In this document: piece by piece, positions 27,219 to 36,231 of the stretch
How positions within the stretch are numbered: the stretch's first letter is position 1
How the letters are laid out: every line of letters begins with the position of its first letter
IMG/VR virus record: IMGVR_UViG_3300037420_001376
Location: 8,329 to 72,328 of that record
From: a virus
Lineage: Duplodnaviria; Caudoviricetes
Direction: 5' to 3' (one strand)
DNA: 64,000 nt
Position numbers and translations under genes: made by a program
The notes under the pieces: model-generated
What the model saw: only the letters and a program-made list of their open reading frames with translations
Database searches by the model: none
What the model was told of the DNA's origin: nothing

Positions 27219-28871
27219 CTACTTGCTCATCCAGTTAGACCTGCGCTTATTAGTGTGGCGTGTCGCAATCCCAGCAGGTGTCGACCCATACCCATCACCA
27301 GTTCTATACCGGGTATTTCCCAGATTCGACAGAAACTTAGCCTTAGAAATTCTAGTACCACCACCATACTGTTCAGAAGCACTGTGGTAACGACTTGCTA
27401 AAAATCTACCTAAAGCTTCTGGCGTATGGTCATCTTTTTTGAGTGGTAATTCAAACCTTTTAACCGAAGTTTCTTGTTGCTCGTCCTTTTTCTCAGGATA
27501 CCGGTATTCACCGAATTCATATATCGTATGTGGACATTTGGTCGAAATCATTAATCTTGGTCTTTTAACATCCTGCCTCGGAGGATGAGATTTCCAATTT
27601 GTCTTATTGACTTCCGTATCGTTTACTCGATCTTTTAACGCTAAGCGAATAAGGTTGAGTCGATCTTGTAATTCGCCGCCGGTGTGGGGCCTAGCTCTAA
27701 TTTGTTTCCCAGCTCGCAAAAATATATTTTCCAAGGTTCTGGTATCCCCGGGTAGTGCAGGGTCGGGGAAGAATTCTTGACAGCTATCGGGTAACAAGCC
27801 TCTTCGGAGAACTTCTTTTGCGAATTCATCAGGCGCTAACGTGTCTTGATATAATTCATCGATAACATTTATTTCACCCCAAGGACCAATTTGAATAAGC
27901 AGCCATACCGAAGGATTGCGATATCCATAGTCAACAGCAGCCACCGTTTCCCAACTCGGATTGTATGGTAATAGTCGAGTGTGTGTCTCTTCGTTGTATT
28001 CCTTAAATACCTTTCCAACGAAATCTGTAAAGTCAGCGGCAATTTCCTGCTGAAACTTAGGGATGGTAAGGGCATCTGCTTGAACCACGATTTCTGAATC
28101 AATTGTCAATCCTTGCATGGCAACTATTTCAGCAGCGGTGTATTCAGGGTTTTCCTGCATCATGTAAAGCATTTGCTTCACATGAGCATCAACAGTTTCT
28201 TCAAGATAAACGTATGGATTATACCAACTAGGAATTCTATGAGCGCTCCATAATTCTTTCCTACGAGCGTCCATAAATAACTTATAAAACCAATTTTTAC
28301 CTTCTGGTGTGGAAGTGAATTTAGCCCATCCCTTATTATCCGAAAGCGACGGCATCACATACTGCGTCCACACCTCTTCTTTAAGTTTTGCCGCCTCTTC
28401 CATATGCACACCGCTTAACGCCTCGCCAACCAGCGTGTCAGGGTGCTGTGCAGATTTTGCGCTATAAATAAAACGACCATCCCACAATGAGATAGTCATT
28501 TGGCCAGAACCAGGAGAATTATATGATCCTGGTTTATCCATGGGAATTTCTAATCTACGACATAAATCCCAAAAGACACGAAAGGGCTTCTCAGAGTCAG
28601 AATACTGTGGACCTACTGACCAAAATTCTCTACGCTTGCCTTCGGCTTTTAAATGATGAGCGATCTTTTGAGTCAGTGCCGCTTCTGGCAATAACTCATT
28701 GGCCACCATTTTAGATTTACCAAAACGTCGTCCACAAGAGGCAACCAAAAAACGGGCTGGATCTTCCATTAAACGCAATTGTGCGCGATGAGGATCGAAG
28801 ACTTTTTCTTCTCTACCGTTTTCTGGATTTACATAATCTCTATCCAGTATGGCCCACTTTGAGAATCCCAT
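27219..28871 (-). CDS. Terminase large subunit, 550 aa
   Basis: Walker A CGRRFGKS, Walker B HMEEAA, STPEG motif III, nuclease AVDYG...DDHTPEA. Confidence 0.95.
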   Translation of the reverse strand: MGFSKWAILDRDYVNPENGREEKVFDPHRAQLRLMEDPARFLVASCGRRFGKSKMVANELLPEAALTQKIAHHLKAEGKRREFWSVGPQYSDSEKPFRVFWDLCRRLEIPMDKPGSYNSPGSGQMTISLWDGRFIYSAKSAQHPDTLVGEALSGVHMEEAAKLKEEVWTQYVMPSLSDNKGWAKFTSTPEGKNWFYKLFMDARRKELWSAHRIPSWYNPYVYLEETVDAHVKQMLYMMQENPEYTAAEIVAMQGLTIDSEIVVQADALTIPKFQQEIAADFTDFVGKVFKEYNEETHTRLLPYNPSWETVAAVDYGYRNPSVWLLIQIGPWGEINVIDELYQDTLAPDEFAKEVLRRGLLPDSCQEFFPDPALPGDTRTLENIFLRAGKQIRARPHTGGELQDRLNLIRLALKDRVNDTEVNKTNWKSHPPRQDVKRPRLMISTKCPHTIYEFGEYRYPEKKDEQQETSVKRFELPLKKDDHTPEALGRFLASRYHSASEQYGGGTRISKAKFLSNLGNTRYRTGDGYGSTPAGIATRHTNKRRSNWMSK

Positions 28872-28931
28872 TTAGCCCGCCACGCGATCTATCCTTTAAC
28901 GAGATAAACGCTAATGATAGTAAACGCGGAA

Positions 28932-29012
28932 AACCACTCTAGGACGCGGATGAAACTAGAGTGGTTCCCCTAAGCCAAAAAGATTCTCACCGGACGAAGA
29001 GTGAGAATCTTT
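28932..29012 (-). terminator. Two tandem intrinsic terminators upstream of terminase large subunit
   Basis: 12-bp stem 28979-29012 and 11-bp stem 28932-28966, each followed by a short T-run on the minus strand. Confidence 0.7.
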
Positions 29013-29035
29013 GAGGCCAGTTTACGATCCGCGTT

Positions 29036-29347
29036 TTATTCCATTTCCTGCAAACCAGTAGCAGGATTAAAAGTACCGCTTCGATTATTAATTACGTTTC
29101 CTGGTGCGCCAGTAACTTTTGTACCAAAAACTGCATCCGCTCCACCGGGCCTGGGTCCGGTCGTCGGGAAATTAACAGCCGAAGTTTTCGGTTTTTGATC
29201 GGCAGCCGCAGCGGCAATCGCACGACGTTCGCCCGAATCGACAATAATCGGAATTGGCCTGGTTGCCACATTTCTACCGTCATACATCTTTTTCATTGCC
29301 GGTTTCACACCCTGTGTCGAGGGGCTCACCGTTCGGTTCTTCGCCAT
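29036..29347 (-). CDS. Hypothetical protein, 103 aa
   Basis: Co-directional ORF with RBS; ends before the terminators. Confidence 0.65.
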   Translation of the reverse strand: MAKNRTVSPSTQGVKPAMKKMYDGRNVATRPIPIIVDSGERRAIAAAAADQKPKTSAVNFPTTGPRPGGADAVFGTKVTGAPGNVINNRSGTFNPATGLQEME

Positions 29348-30659
29348 TTTCGTCTCCTACCTGAACTTGAGAATCCTCGTCTACCTCGGGATATAGCAGG
29401 GATAGTACCAGATCGGTATCGGCATTGGTCGCTTCGACACGCGCCAGCCTAGCCTCAGTCAAATCATCAGGATGAATTAACCGACACATTAATTTCCCAG
29501 CCAAGGAACCCGTTTTAATTATTTTAAACTCTAAAAAATACGGAAGTCGATCTAAACTAGTAGCTCCCACAGCTCTAGCGGCGAATCGTCGCTGTTTTGC
29601 TTTTTGTCGGGCTTTGCGTAATCTTTCTTTCTCATCCCGATACTCAGTGCGTTTTTCACCATGGACAGTAAGCCCGGTATCCGAATCTCGTCCATCCCTG
29701 GCTTCAAATGAATTTGTAGACTCCCCGGCACCCGGTACGGATTCGCTAAATCCGCGTACTCCACTCTGTCCAGAATTCCCCAATCCTGAAGTTTCACTTC
29801 CATCCGAACTTCCATATCCGACAATTCCCGGCGAAGCTTCAAGATCATCTTCTTGTCCATAAATATAATCCTCTTCAGTTTCTGCGTCCAGTATCTCACT
29901 GGCAGAATTATTTCTGCCTCGTTGATTCGATCCGGAATCATCCAAACTTTCACCACGAGACGATTCAATAGATTTTCGATAATCTTCTCGACTACCAGAC
30001 TCAACCGAAGTGTCAAAAATCGTTTCATAAACTTTGCTCGCATCTCCGGTAAGTAATACTTCAGGAGTTTTACCAATAACTCTTTCAGCCAACCATGTAG
30101 CAGCTTTAAATCTGTCGCCAGGTTCAACTAATTCAGAATCAGCGATTTCAAAAACAACCTGGATGGCCCGCATACTCTTAGATTTAATATACTCATTAAG
30201 TCTAAGAGATAGTTCTTTATTTAACTTGGCTTGAAATCGTCCAGCAGTCCCGCCACTGGCTCGTGAACCAGAACTGTTTTCTATAACAGCAAAGGGAACC
30301 TTGAAAAACCCATGTCCAGCCGGGAGAACCTTATCGCTATCTCCAAATTTTTGCTCATTGAGAATGTATCTTCCCATAAGCTCATCATCGGTTAAATCTT
30401 TTGGGTCAAGAAAACCTTTAATAAACTTGGTGACTCGATCTAGCTTAGAAACCTCAACATCGGTGATGCCTCGTTTTTTCTCCTGATACTGTCTTTTACG
30501 ATCCTCATTGACACATACTTTACATTTAGAAAACTTACCATCCGAAGCTGAATGATTGTCGTAAAAATCTGACAGAGGCTTATCAACCCCACATTTTTTG
30601 CAGGTTTTTAAATCCTCATACTGCGAGGTTTCATCATCAACTTCAACATCAACCGACAT
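29280..30659 (-). CDS. Putative terminase small subunit with N-terminal Zn finger and long acidic linker, 459 aa
   Basis: CKKC...PLSDFY...CKVC; central WLAERVIGKTPE helical region; location upstream of TerL. Confidence 0.55.
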   Translation of the reverse strand: MSVDVEVDDETSQYEDLKTCKKCGVDKPLSDFYDNHSASDGKFSKCKVCVNEDRKRQYQEKKRGITDVEVSKLDRVTKFIKGFLDPKDLTDDELMGRYILNEQKFGDSDKVLPAGHGFFKVPFAVIENSSGSRASGGTAGRFQAKLNKELSLRLNEYIKSKSMRAIQVVFEIADSELVEPGDRFKAATWLAERVIGKTPEVLLTGDASKVYETIFDTSVESGSREDYRKSIESSRGESLDDSGSNQRGRNNSASEILDAETEEDYIYGQEDDLEASPGIVGYGSSDGSETSGLGNSGQSGVRGFSESVPGAGESTNSFEARDGRDSDTGLTVHGEKRTEYRDEKERLRKARQKAKQRRFAARAVGATSLDRLPYFLEFKIIKTGSLAGKLMCRLIHPDDLTEARLARVEATNADTDLVLSLLYPEVDEDSQVQVGDENGEEPNGEPLDTGCETGNEKDV

Positions 30660-30689
30660 TTAAAAATCAGCCCTAAACCTTAGAATTCA

Positions 30690-31040
30690 TCATTCTTGCC
30701 GATCCACTGAAGTACGAATTTTTGGTTGTTTAAACTTTGCGGGACTTCTCTGCGGTTTCGTTTGAACCATTGGTGCATCGGGACCAAAAGCGTCAGGATT
30801 GCCCCGAACATATAACATTGATTCTTCGGTTTCATCACTTCTTGTCGAATCCATCCGATTTTGGGCCTGTCTAATCATGTCGCCCGTCATTCCACCCCGT
30901 TTCGACCCGCCACGGCGGCTGGCGATGGTCCAGGGCAGCTTTCTGGCGCTCTGGTAGTCACTATCGGGATGGGCGAATTTGCCTGGTCCGTGACTGCGTT
31001 CTGACCGGCCCGGCGTATCTGACGATAACGGTGCGCTCAT
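30690..31040 (-). CDS. Hypothetical basic protein (about 116 aa; track start 31337 likely too long)
   Basis: ATG at 31040 (MSAPLSSD); the upstream extension merely translates the repeat cluster. Confidence 0.6.
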   Translation of the reverse strand: MSAPLSSDTPGRSERSHGPGKFAHPDSDYQSARKLPWTIASRRGGSKRGGMTGDMIRQAQNRMDSTRSDETEESMLYVRGNPDAFGPDAPMVQTKPQRSPAKFKQPKIRTSVDRQE

Positions 31041-31076
31041 AATGTCGATTTTACCCCTACCTGCGGTTTTTCTATA

Positions 31077-31320
31077 GGTAGCACATTTGGTAGTAGAAAA
31101 GGTAGTACAAAAAACATGCTCTGACCTGCAAGGTAGTACAGGTAGCACAAATTTGTTGGTTCGCTCTATACGTGAGAAAAAGAGGGCGTGTAGTAGTGCT
31201 TTGGTTGTGTTTCTCTCATGTGTGTAGTTATAGATATTTGTACTACCTTCTACTACTCTACTACCTTGATATATTTGACCTGCACTTTTACAGGTAGCAC
31301 ATCGGGTAGTAGGTAGTACA
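31077..31320. repeat. Iteron-like GGTAG(C/T)A(C/G) repeat cluster, putative replication origin
   Basis: Direct copies at 31077, 31089, 31101, 31132, 31141, 31293, 31305, 31312; inverted copies at 31240 and 31258; abuts primase-helicase stop. Confidence 0.7.
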
Positions 31321-31323
31321 TAT

Positions 31324-34194
31324 TCACTTTGTACCATTGTTCATACCACTGTCTGCGCTGCTTTTATCAAATGGAATTACATTTGATCCCGTAAACTTCA
31401 CATTTAAAAAGTAATTATCTACGATGCCATTTACTTTCTTTTGTTTCTGTGGAAAATCTAAAGCCTTTAGTCTCCGAGTTAATAATGGCTGCGATGCAGT
31501 ATCTTTTCTTTGAATATTATTAAGATCACACCACTCAAGATATTTTATTTTTACATCTTTTGGCCTAAGATAAGATTCAACGCCAACCTTAGTTAAGCAC
31601 TGAGAAGCAAAGGTTGAAATGTGATCTAAGCCGTTAACAAAATCATCTGTTTCTGCTTCAATTAATTTAGATGTAGGCAGTTCTCCTAAGTTGCGATACT
31701 GCTTGTATCCGTCAATGAGCCATGAAAGTACGGCAGTTGCACATACGTCTTTAACGACTCTGGAAAAAGATTTATCAATGTTTCTCGGTGTAACATCGAA
31801 CGGTATGACAAGCAGGCGATTGCGCAATGCTTTGTCTGCACCAGAAATTTGTGGGACGGCATTCGTCGCCAATATGGGAACGAATTGCGGCACACCCTCA
31901 ATTGTAGTATTTGACCCTTTGAGTTCAGCCTGGATCTTATCTGAACCACCAGTGAGCCTTTTGACTTGAGAAGCAGAAAGCTGATCTTTTTCGTCAAATT
32001 CAGAACATACAATGATTCGTTTGGTAAGTGAGTTTGCCAAAACTGGGTTAAGTTTGTGATTCTGAAATATAGTTTGGTTAACACTTTGCGCATAATCTCC
32101 TAACGCAGACTCAAGTGCAGAAATCATTGTTGACTTACCAGTGTTTGGATCACCCTTTAAAACGACCATAATTTTCTCAGGATTGCCTCCAATAATGGTA
32201 TGTCCTAATACCACCTGAACAATACGTTGTAGCTCAGGATCAGGCAGAAAAGTATCTAAATACTCCTGCCACTTTTGTGCCGCAAAATCTGTTGGCTGCT
32301 CCCATTTAATGTTAGTATTTAGTGTAATAAAATCATCTAATTGAGCTTTTCGTAATCTAACTTCGTCACGGTCAAGCTCTACTACTCCATTGGCAACACC
32401 TAAAAGCATTTCATTTTTATCTAAATCGTTGACAGATATAGACACCCCAGTAATCGAGGTTGCAGCCTTCAAAGCATTTTCTGCTTGTCGATTATTTCCG
32501 CTCAGTTCCGCCCATTTTTGCCATTTTTGATACTTCGCTCTCGCTAAAATTAAATCTGCCGGTGCATTTTGGCCAGAAGTAGGTTGTCCGCCACTGATGG
32601 CAGCTTGTAATTTATTATCAAAATCAGCTTTTAAAGCATCAACATAAGCTTTTTGGCGCTCTTTTACTTTGTGCCACATTCGCCTAACTTGTTGATTTCC
32701 TAATTCATCGCGTTGCCAATGAGATTCAACATCGCTGCTACCATCATGCCAAACAATCCAGCCATAACCTTCTGCGAATCTAACAGAAGGGCCGTGAGCA
32801 AGAGAACTAAACATATCCACAAAATGTGCAGCATTACCATCGTCGTTAGTTTCATATTCTTCTATCGCCTTTAAAGCGCCTTTAGGAACATCATCTAATT
32901 CATCGGGTGGGTCTAACGATCCATCATTATCACTATCCAATGATGATAAAGAATTCCGTTGGTCAGAAGCATCCCCAGCCAAAACGCCAGAATTATGTGA
33001 TACGTCGGACCCACTAGAAACCACAGAAAGTTTCGGACTTTTCGATCCGCAGATGCCCACTTTAATGCAAAGCGGGTCCACAGCTTTTGCGCCGATTTTT
33101 CTTCTTTCGTCGGATTTCCCTTTAATCTGCCGTAGAGCCTGTATTCTGCTTCTAAAAATCTCTCCGTGAACTTCTGATAATCCACGCTTCCCGCGAGCCA
33201 CGGTGATTTCTTCAAACTTTTGCTCCAACTCATTAATCGCCGCGTTCCAGCCCAAATGTCCCTCGAAGGCCAAATGGAGCAAGTTCCAGTGCGCGTTAGT
33301 GAGCTTGTCATGAGAAGTTGCCTCATCTTCAATTAACCTCAAATGTTTATCTAGTTTGGATCGCATTAATTCACACGGCAGAGTGAAATCTCCACACGCC
33401 GTTGATTCGTCACACTCAAAAAGCTGACCGTTTTCATCTAAATCTGGATGACGGCAATCGTCTTTATGAAAAGTATCGGTAGCCCAGTCGTAAATTTCTT
33501 GAACCGCTGAATCAACATCAATAATTTCATCTTCAACGGCTAAAGTTCCACCAGAAGTTAAAAAATCTATCCATTTTTCAGGAAGTAGGGGCATCTTTCG
33601 CGCATCTGGAAGCACCCCGTTCCACAAGGTTCGCTCGGATTTTCCAGGCGACACGGAAGGCGCAAACCACCAGTAGATTCCTCCCTCGGGGTGAATACTG
33701 GGCCAGACGACGGCAAATCGGTGTCCTTTTCGGATGACTTCGATATCTTTGTCAACCTTCCCACGAAACGCCAATCCGCGCGGTACGCGGAAATACCGAA
33801 TACCACTTTTTCCATCGGTTCTTGCCGAGGAAATCCATGTCGGTGGTAAAGTCCCAAGCGTAGTCTCCAATTTTTGAAGCTGACTATAACCCTCTTTTTT
33901 CTTTCCACCTTTAGGGTAATCATCTACATCTATTCCAATCAATTCATGGTGTTCATCAACACCCGCCAGTCGAACACAAATATTATGCTTTTTACCGTCA
34001 TTGCACCATTCCTCGAAGTCTTCTAGACCAGGATATGGTGCGCGTTGACCGGTGAAATCGACCGGTGGGGGGAATTTATCTTTATAAGGAATCGGCAATG
34101 GGCCTCTAAACCCAGCCTTTAAATACTTCTCATAAGTATCTTTATAAGGATTTAAAACTCTGGGAACATTATTATTTCCATCGTTTTGAACCAA
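31324..34194 (-). CDS. DNA primase/polymerase-helicase (PrimPol + D5-like SF3 ATPase), 956 aa
   Basis: IGIDVD and GIRYF PrimPol motifs; Walker A GDPNTGKST; CSEFD and ILATN; GGAGG RBS before TTG. Confidence 0.92.
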   Translation of the reverse strand: MVQNDGNNNVPRVLNPYKDTYEKYLKAGFRGPLPIPYKDKFPPPVDFTGQRAPYPGLEDFEEWCNDGKKHNICVRLAGVDEHHELIGIDVDDYPKGGKKKEGYSQLQKLETTLGTLPPTWISSARTDGKSGIRYFRVPRGLAFRGKVDKDIEVIRKGHRFAVVWPSIHPEGGIYWWFAPSVSPGKSERTLWNGVLPDARKMPLLPEKWIDFLTSGGTLAVEDEIIDVDSAVQEIYDWATDTFHKDDCRHPDLDENGQLFECDESTACGDFTLPCELMRSKLDKHLRLIEDEATSHDKLTNAHWNLLHLAFEGHLGWNAAINELEQKFEEITVARGKRGLSEVHGEIFRSRIQALRQIKGKSDERRKIGAKAVDPLCIKVGICGSKSPKLSVVSSGSDVSHNSGVLAGDASDQRNSLSSLDSDNDGSLDPPDELDDVPKGALKAIEEYETNDDGNAAHFVDMFSSLAHGPSVRFAEGYGWIVWHDGSSDVESHWQRDELGNQQVRRMWHKVKERQKAYVDALKADFDNKLQAAISGGQPTSGQNAPADLILARAKYQKWQKWAELSGNNRQAENALKAATSITGVSISVNDLDKNEMLLGVANGVVELDRDEVRLRKAQLDDFITLNTNIKWEQPTDFAAQKWQEYLDTFLPDPELQRIVQVVLGHTIIGGNPEKIMVVLKGDPNTGKSTMISALESALGDYAQSVNQTIFQNHKLNPVLANSLTKRIIVCSEFDEKDQLSASQVKRLTGGSDKIQAELKGSNTTIEGVPQFVPILATNAVPQISGADKALRNRLLVIPFDVTPRNIDKSFSRVVKDVCATAVLSWLIDGYKQYRNLGELPTSKLIEAETDDFVNGLDHISTFASQCLTKVGVESYLRPKDVKIKYLEWCDLNNIQRKDTASQPLLTRRLKALDFPQKQKKVNGIVDNYFLNVKFTGSNVIPFDKSSADSGMNNGTK

Positions 34195-34517
34195 CTTCTG
34201 ACCTCCGCGTTACCTAACTCAGCGGCTCCAATGCCAACTGACAGGAAACGTCCAACTTAACATATGCCCTGCTCAGGGCCACTATTTACTAGATCTATGG
34301 GGTGTCGGGCAAAGCCACCACTACAGGTTGTGCTTGCACGAGCAAACAAACCCCCTTCCCTCTTCAAACATTTATTTGCTTACTGATCGAAATAATTCTA
34401 AAAAATCCATAATCATATTTGTTGCCACTTCTTGCCAAGATTCTCTCATTCGTTTTCCAGTACATATTCAACCCCTATGGGGTGTTTAGACTATCTACCC
34501 CAATATGTTGTGGTTGG

Positions 34518-34703
34518 TCATTTTTCCATCTGACTCTTTATAAAACCTTGGATAACTTTTTCAGAATCCACAGGCCAATAAATAAAATTACTTTTAGTAA
34601 AGTTGCAGATACTTAGTTCTCTATCGCTTAAATACCTTAAGAAGTCATTCAAGAAAATTTCTGACTTATCGCAACACATTCCCCTAATACTGTCGCCGCT
34701 CAT
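34518..34703 (-). CDS. Hypothetical protein, 61 aa
   Basis: ATGA coupling to upstream gene. Confidence 0.5.
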   Translation of the reverse strand: MSGDSIRGMCCDKSEIFLNDFLRYLSDRELSICNFTKSNFIYWPVDSEKVIQGFIKSQMEK

Positions 34704-35098
34704 GACAACCTTTCTCCGTTCACCCGATCCACAGTTTCTTTATACTCATTCAGCATAGAAGAGTTTTTCATAATAGCTAAAGCATCACAGATGCCACGAA
34801 TATAATTGTCTATAAAAATAGGTAAATCACTAGGAGCTAATTTCTTTTCAACCTCATAATCTAAAGCCGTCAGAAAACGTCTCTGGTGATAGTCAGCAAG
34901 TTCCTCTAACCGCTTAATAATACTTTTTCCTGGCGGTACTGAGTGCCCTTCCATTTGTGCCGAAGATTTGCGAACTCTTACTGATTCTCGTTCTTTGACT
35001 CCGGTAATAAGATAATCGCTTTCCACAGGATCAACTTCAACTACCTGTCCAAAAGAAATTCCATGGTCTTCCAGAGCATCTTTGATAAGTTTTTCCAC
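34700..35098 (-). CDS. Hypothetical protein (about 132 aa; GTG start at 35098)
   Basis: GGAGG RBS precedes GTG 35098; track start 35203 lacks an RBS. Confidence 0.65.
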   Translation of the reverse strand: MEKLIKDALEDHGISFGQVVEVDPVESDYLITGVKERESVRVRKSSAQMEGHSVPPGKSIIKRLEELADYHQRRFLTALDYEVEKKLAPSDLPIFIDNYIRGICDALAIMKNSSMLNEYKETVDRVNGERLS

Positions 35099-35179
35099 GA
35101 TGTTACCTCCAAAATTTCTTGAATGATTTTTGCGAACGTCGAGCCTGTAGGCTAGCCCACACTTAATCAGTTTAACCCC

Positions 35180-35209
35180 TTGCGCTAGCACATACTCATG
35201 CACTATCGT
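35180..35209 (+). promoter_or_regulatory. Candidate sigmaA-type promoter for the ncRNA
   Basis: TTGCGC (35180-35185), 18-nt spacer, TATCGT (35204-35209); predicted +1 near G35217, the first base of the first hairpin. Confidence 0.45.
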
Positions 35210-35216
35210 AGGTATC

Positions 35217-36173
35217 GCTGTTGATTGAACGGGTCACAGCAAACCCGGTGAGAACACGAAAGACGGCAGAGGCATCCCCGAAGCACGCGCTCACCGGGTC
35301 TGAACTTTCATAACTCCATCGAAAAGCTTTGGGGCATGGCCCTATAACTACGGGCAACCGTAGGAAAGGCTGGCATGACACCCGGCCACTACACCCTCTC
35401 GCCTTCGGGCGAAAGGCTCTGTAGCAAACCATGCACGGCAGTCCTTAAAAATTCAACTGAGGTTGGATTTGGATATCGACCGGAACTGTGTGAAACACCA
35501 ACTAGCGTAAAAAACTAGAGTTTCAGCCATTGCGAGAATGCGGCAAGTTGGCAGCAGGGAAAAGGAAGATAATCTTGGAGTGCGGGGAACGTTTTTAAAA
35601 CTGCGAGTAGGCATACAAGTGGGCGTTTCAGGAAATTCTGGGCTAGGCAGGCATGTCTAGGAAGTACAGAAAAGTACAGAGAAAGTAGACCGCAAATCGA
35701 AATCTCCGTTGGCGTGAAGCATTCCGTAGCTTAAAAGGGTACGGAACTTCATGGGGAAGCACGTCAACAGTCCGGAGTTATCCGTTAAATATCACACGCT
35801 GTGTTAGCTCAATTTGGCGAGAGCATTCTGTTAGGGACAGAAATGTTGGTGGTTCGATTCCTCCACACAAAAAGCAAAAGTCTTTCCCCTTCGTTAACGA
35901 AAGCGTCATCTAAGCCGTAGCGCGTAAGCGAACTACGGAATCTCTGAGCCGCAAGCAATATGGGATTTTCATAAACAAGTAGTTGTAGGCAGTGGGCGGC
36001 CACCTATTGTTGAAACGAAAGTTGTGGAGTAGTTAACGAGAGAAAACGAGTGGTTTACGTTCCCCACTAAAAACTACTTCGGTAGGTTTGAAAAGGAAAA
36101 CAAACCGGGCGTGGTGATTACAAGTGAGAGCTTGTGGAAAAGTTGCTAAACCATAAGGCAACGAAAGATCACT
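35217..36173 (+). ncRNA. Candidate large structured ncRNA (GOLLD/ROOL-like class) with embedded tRNA-like domain
   Basis: About 1.1 kb without a credible ORF; many hairpins and junctions; cUUCGg x2, GCAA, GTAA and GAGA tetraloops and G-U pairs valid only on +; ends at a terminator. Confidence 0.72.
35798..35872 (+). tRNA. Degenerate tRNA-Pro-like element, anticodon AGG
   Basis: D-arm GCTC/GAGC, anticodon stem TTCTG/CAGAA with loop TTAGGGA, T-loop TTCGATT; only 5 of 7 acceptor pairs, no CCA. Confidence 0.7.
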
Positions 36174-36206
36174 AAAAGAGGCGGGTATTCTCACCGCCTC
36201 TTTTTT
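36174..36206. terminator. Bidirectional intrinsic terminator
   Basis: AAAAGAGGCGG / CCGCCTCTTTTTT; T-runs on both strands, between the ncRNA (+) and gene 36232 (-). Confidence 0.85.
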
Positions 36207-36231
36207 AGTGCCTAAAATCCGATAAAACCGA

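Noticed and set aside
29552-30127. 191-aa alternative-frame ORF nested in the TerS-like gene
   Set aside because: No RBS or motif; explained by the compositional bias of the low-complexity linker.
31077-31320. CRISPR-like array
   Set aside because: Repeats are 8 nt, irregularly spaced and in both orientations.
30690-31337. 215-aa version of the ORF
   Set aside because: The N-terminal ~100 aa simply translate the repeat cluster; ATG 31040 is the more plausible start.
35196-35432. 78-aa minus-strand ORF in the track
   Set aside because: No clear RBS or recognisable motif, and it lies antisense to the most hairpin-dense part of the candidate ncRNA; likely a shadow ORF.
35580-35945. Group II intron: GTGCG at 35580 and a domain V-like hairpin (AGCCGTAG...GTAA...AA bulge...CTACGG)
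   Set aside because: The AG of the putative triad has no pairing partner (AA follows), there is no domain VI or interrupted gene, and the span is short. Kept only as a hairpin within the ncRNA.
35809-36003. 64-aa minus-strand ORF in the track
   Set aside because: Overlaps the tRNA-like cloverleaf antisense and lies downstream of the minus-strand terminator at 36174.
35217-36173. Group I intron, RNase P RNA or tmRNA identity for the ncRNA
   Set aside because: I found no P7 R/S consensus, no GAGGAAAGTCC P4 motif, and no tmRNA-type acceptor ends with a tag ORF.
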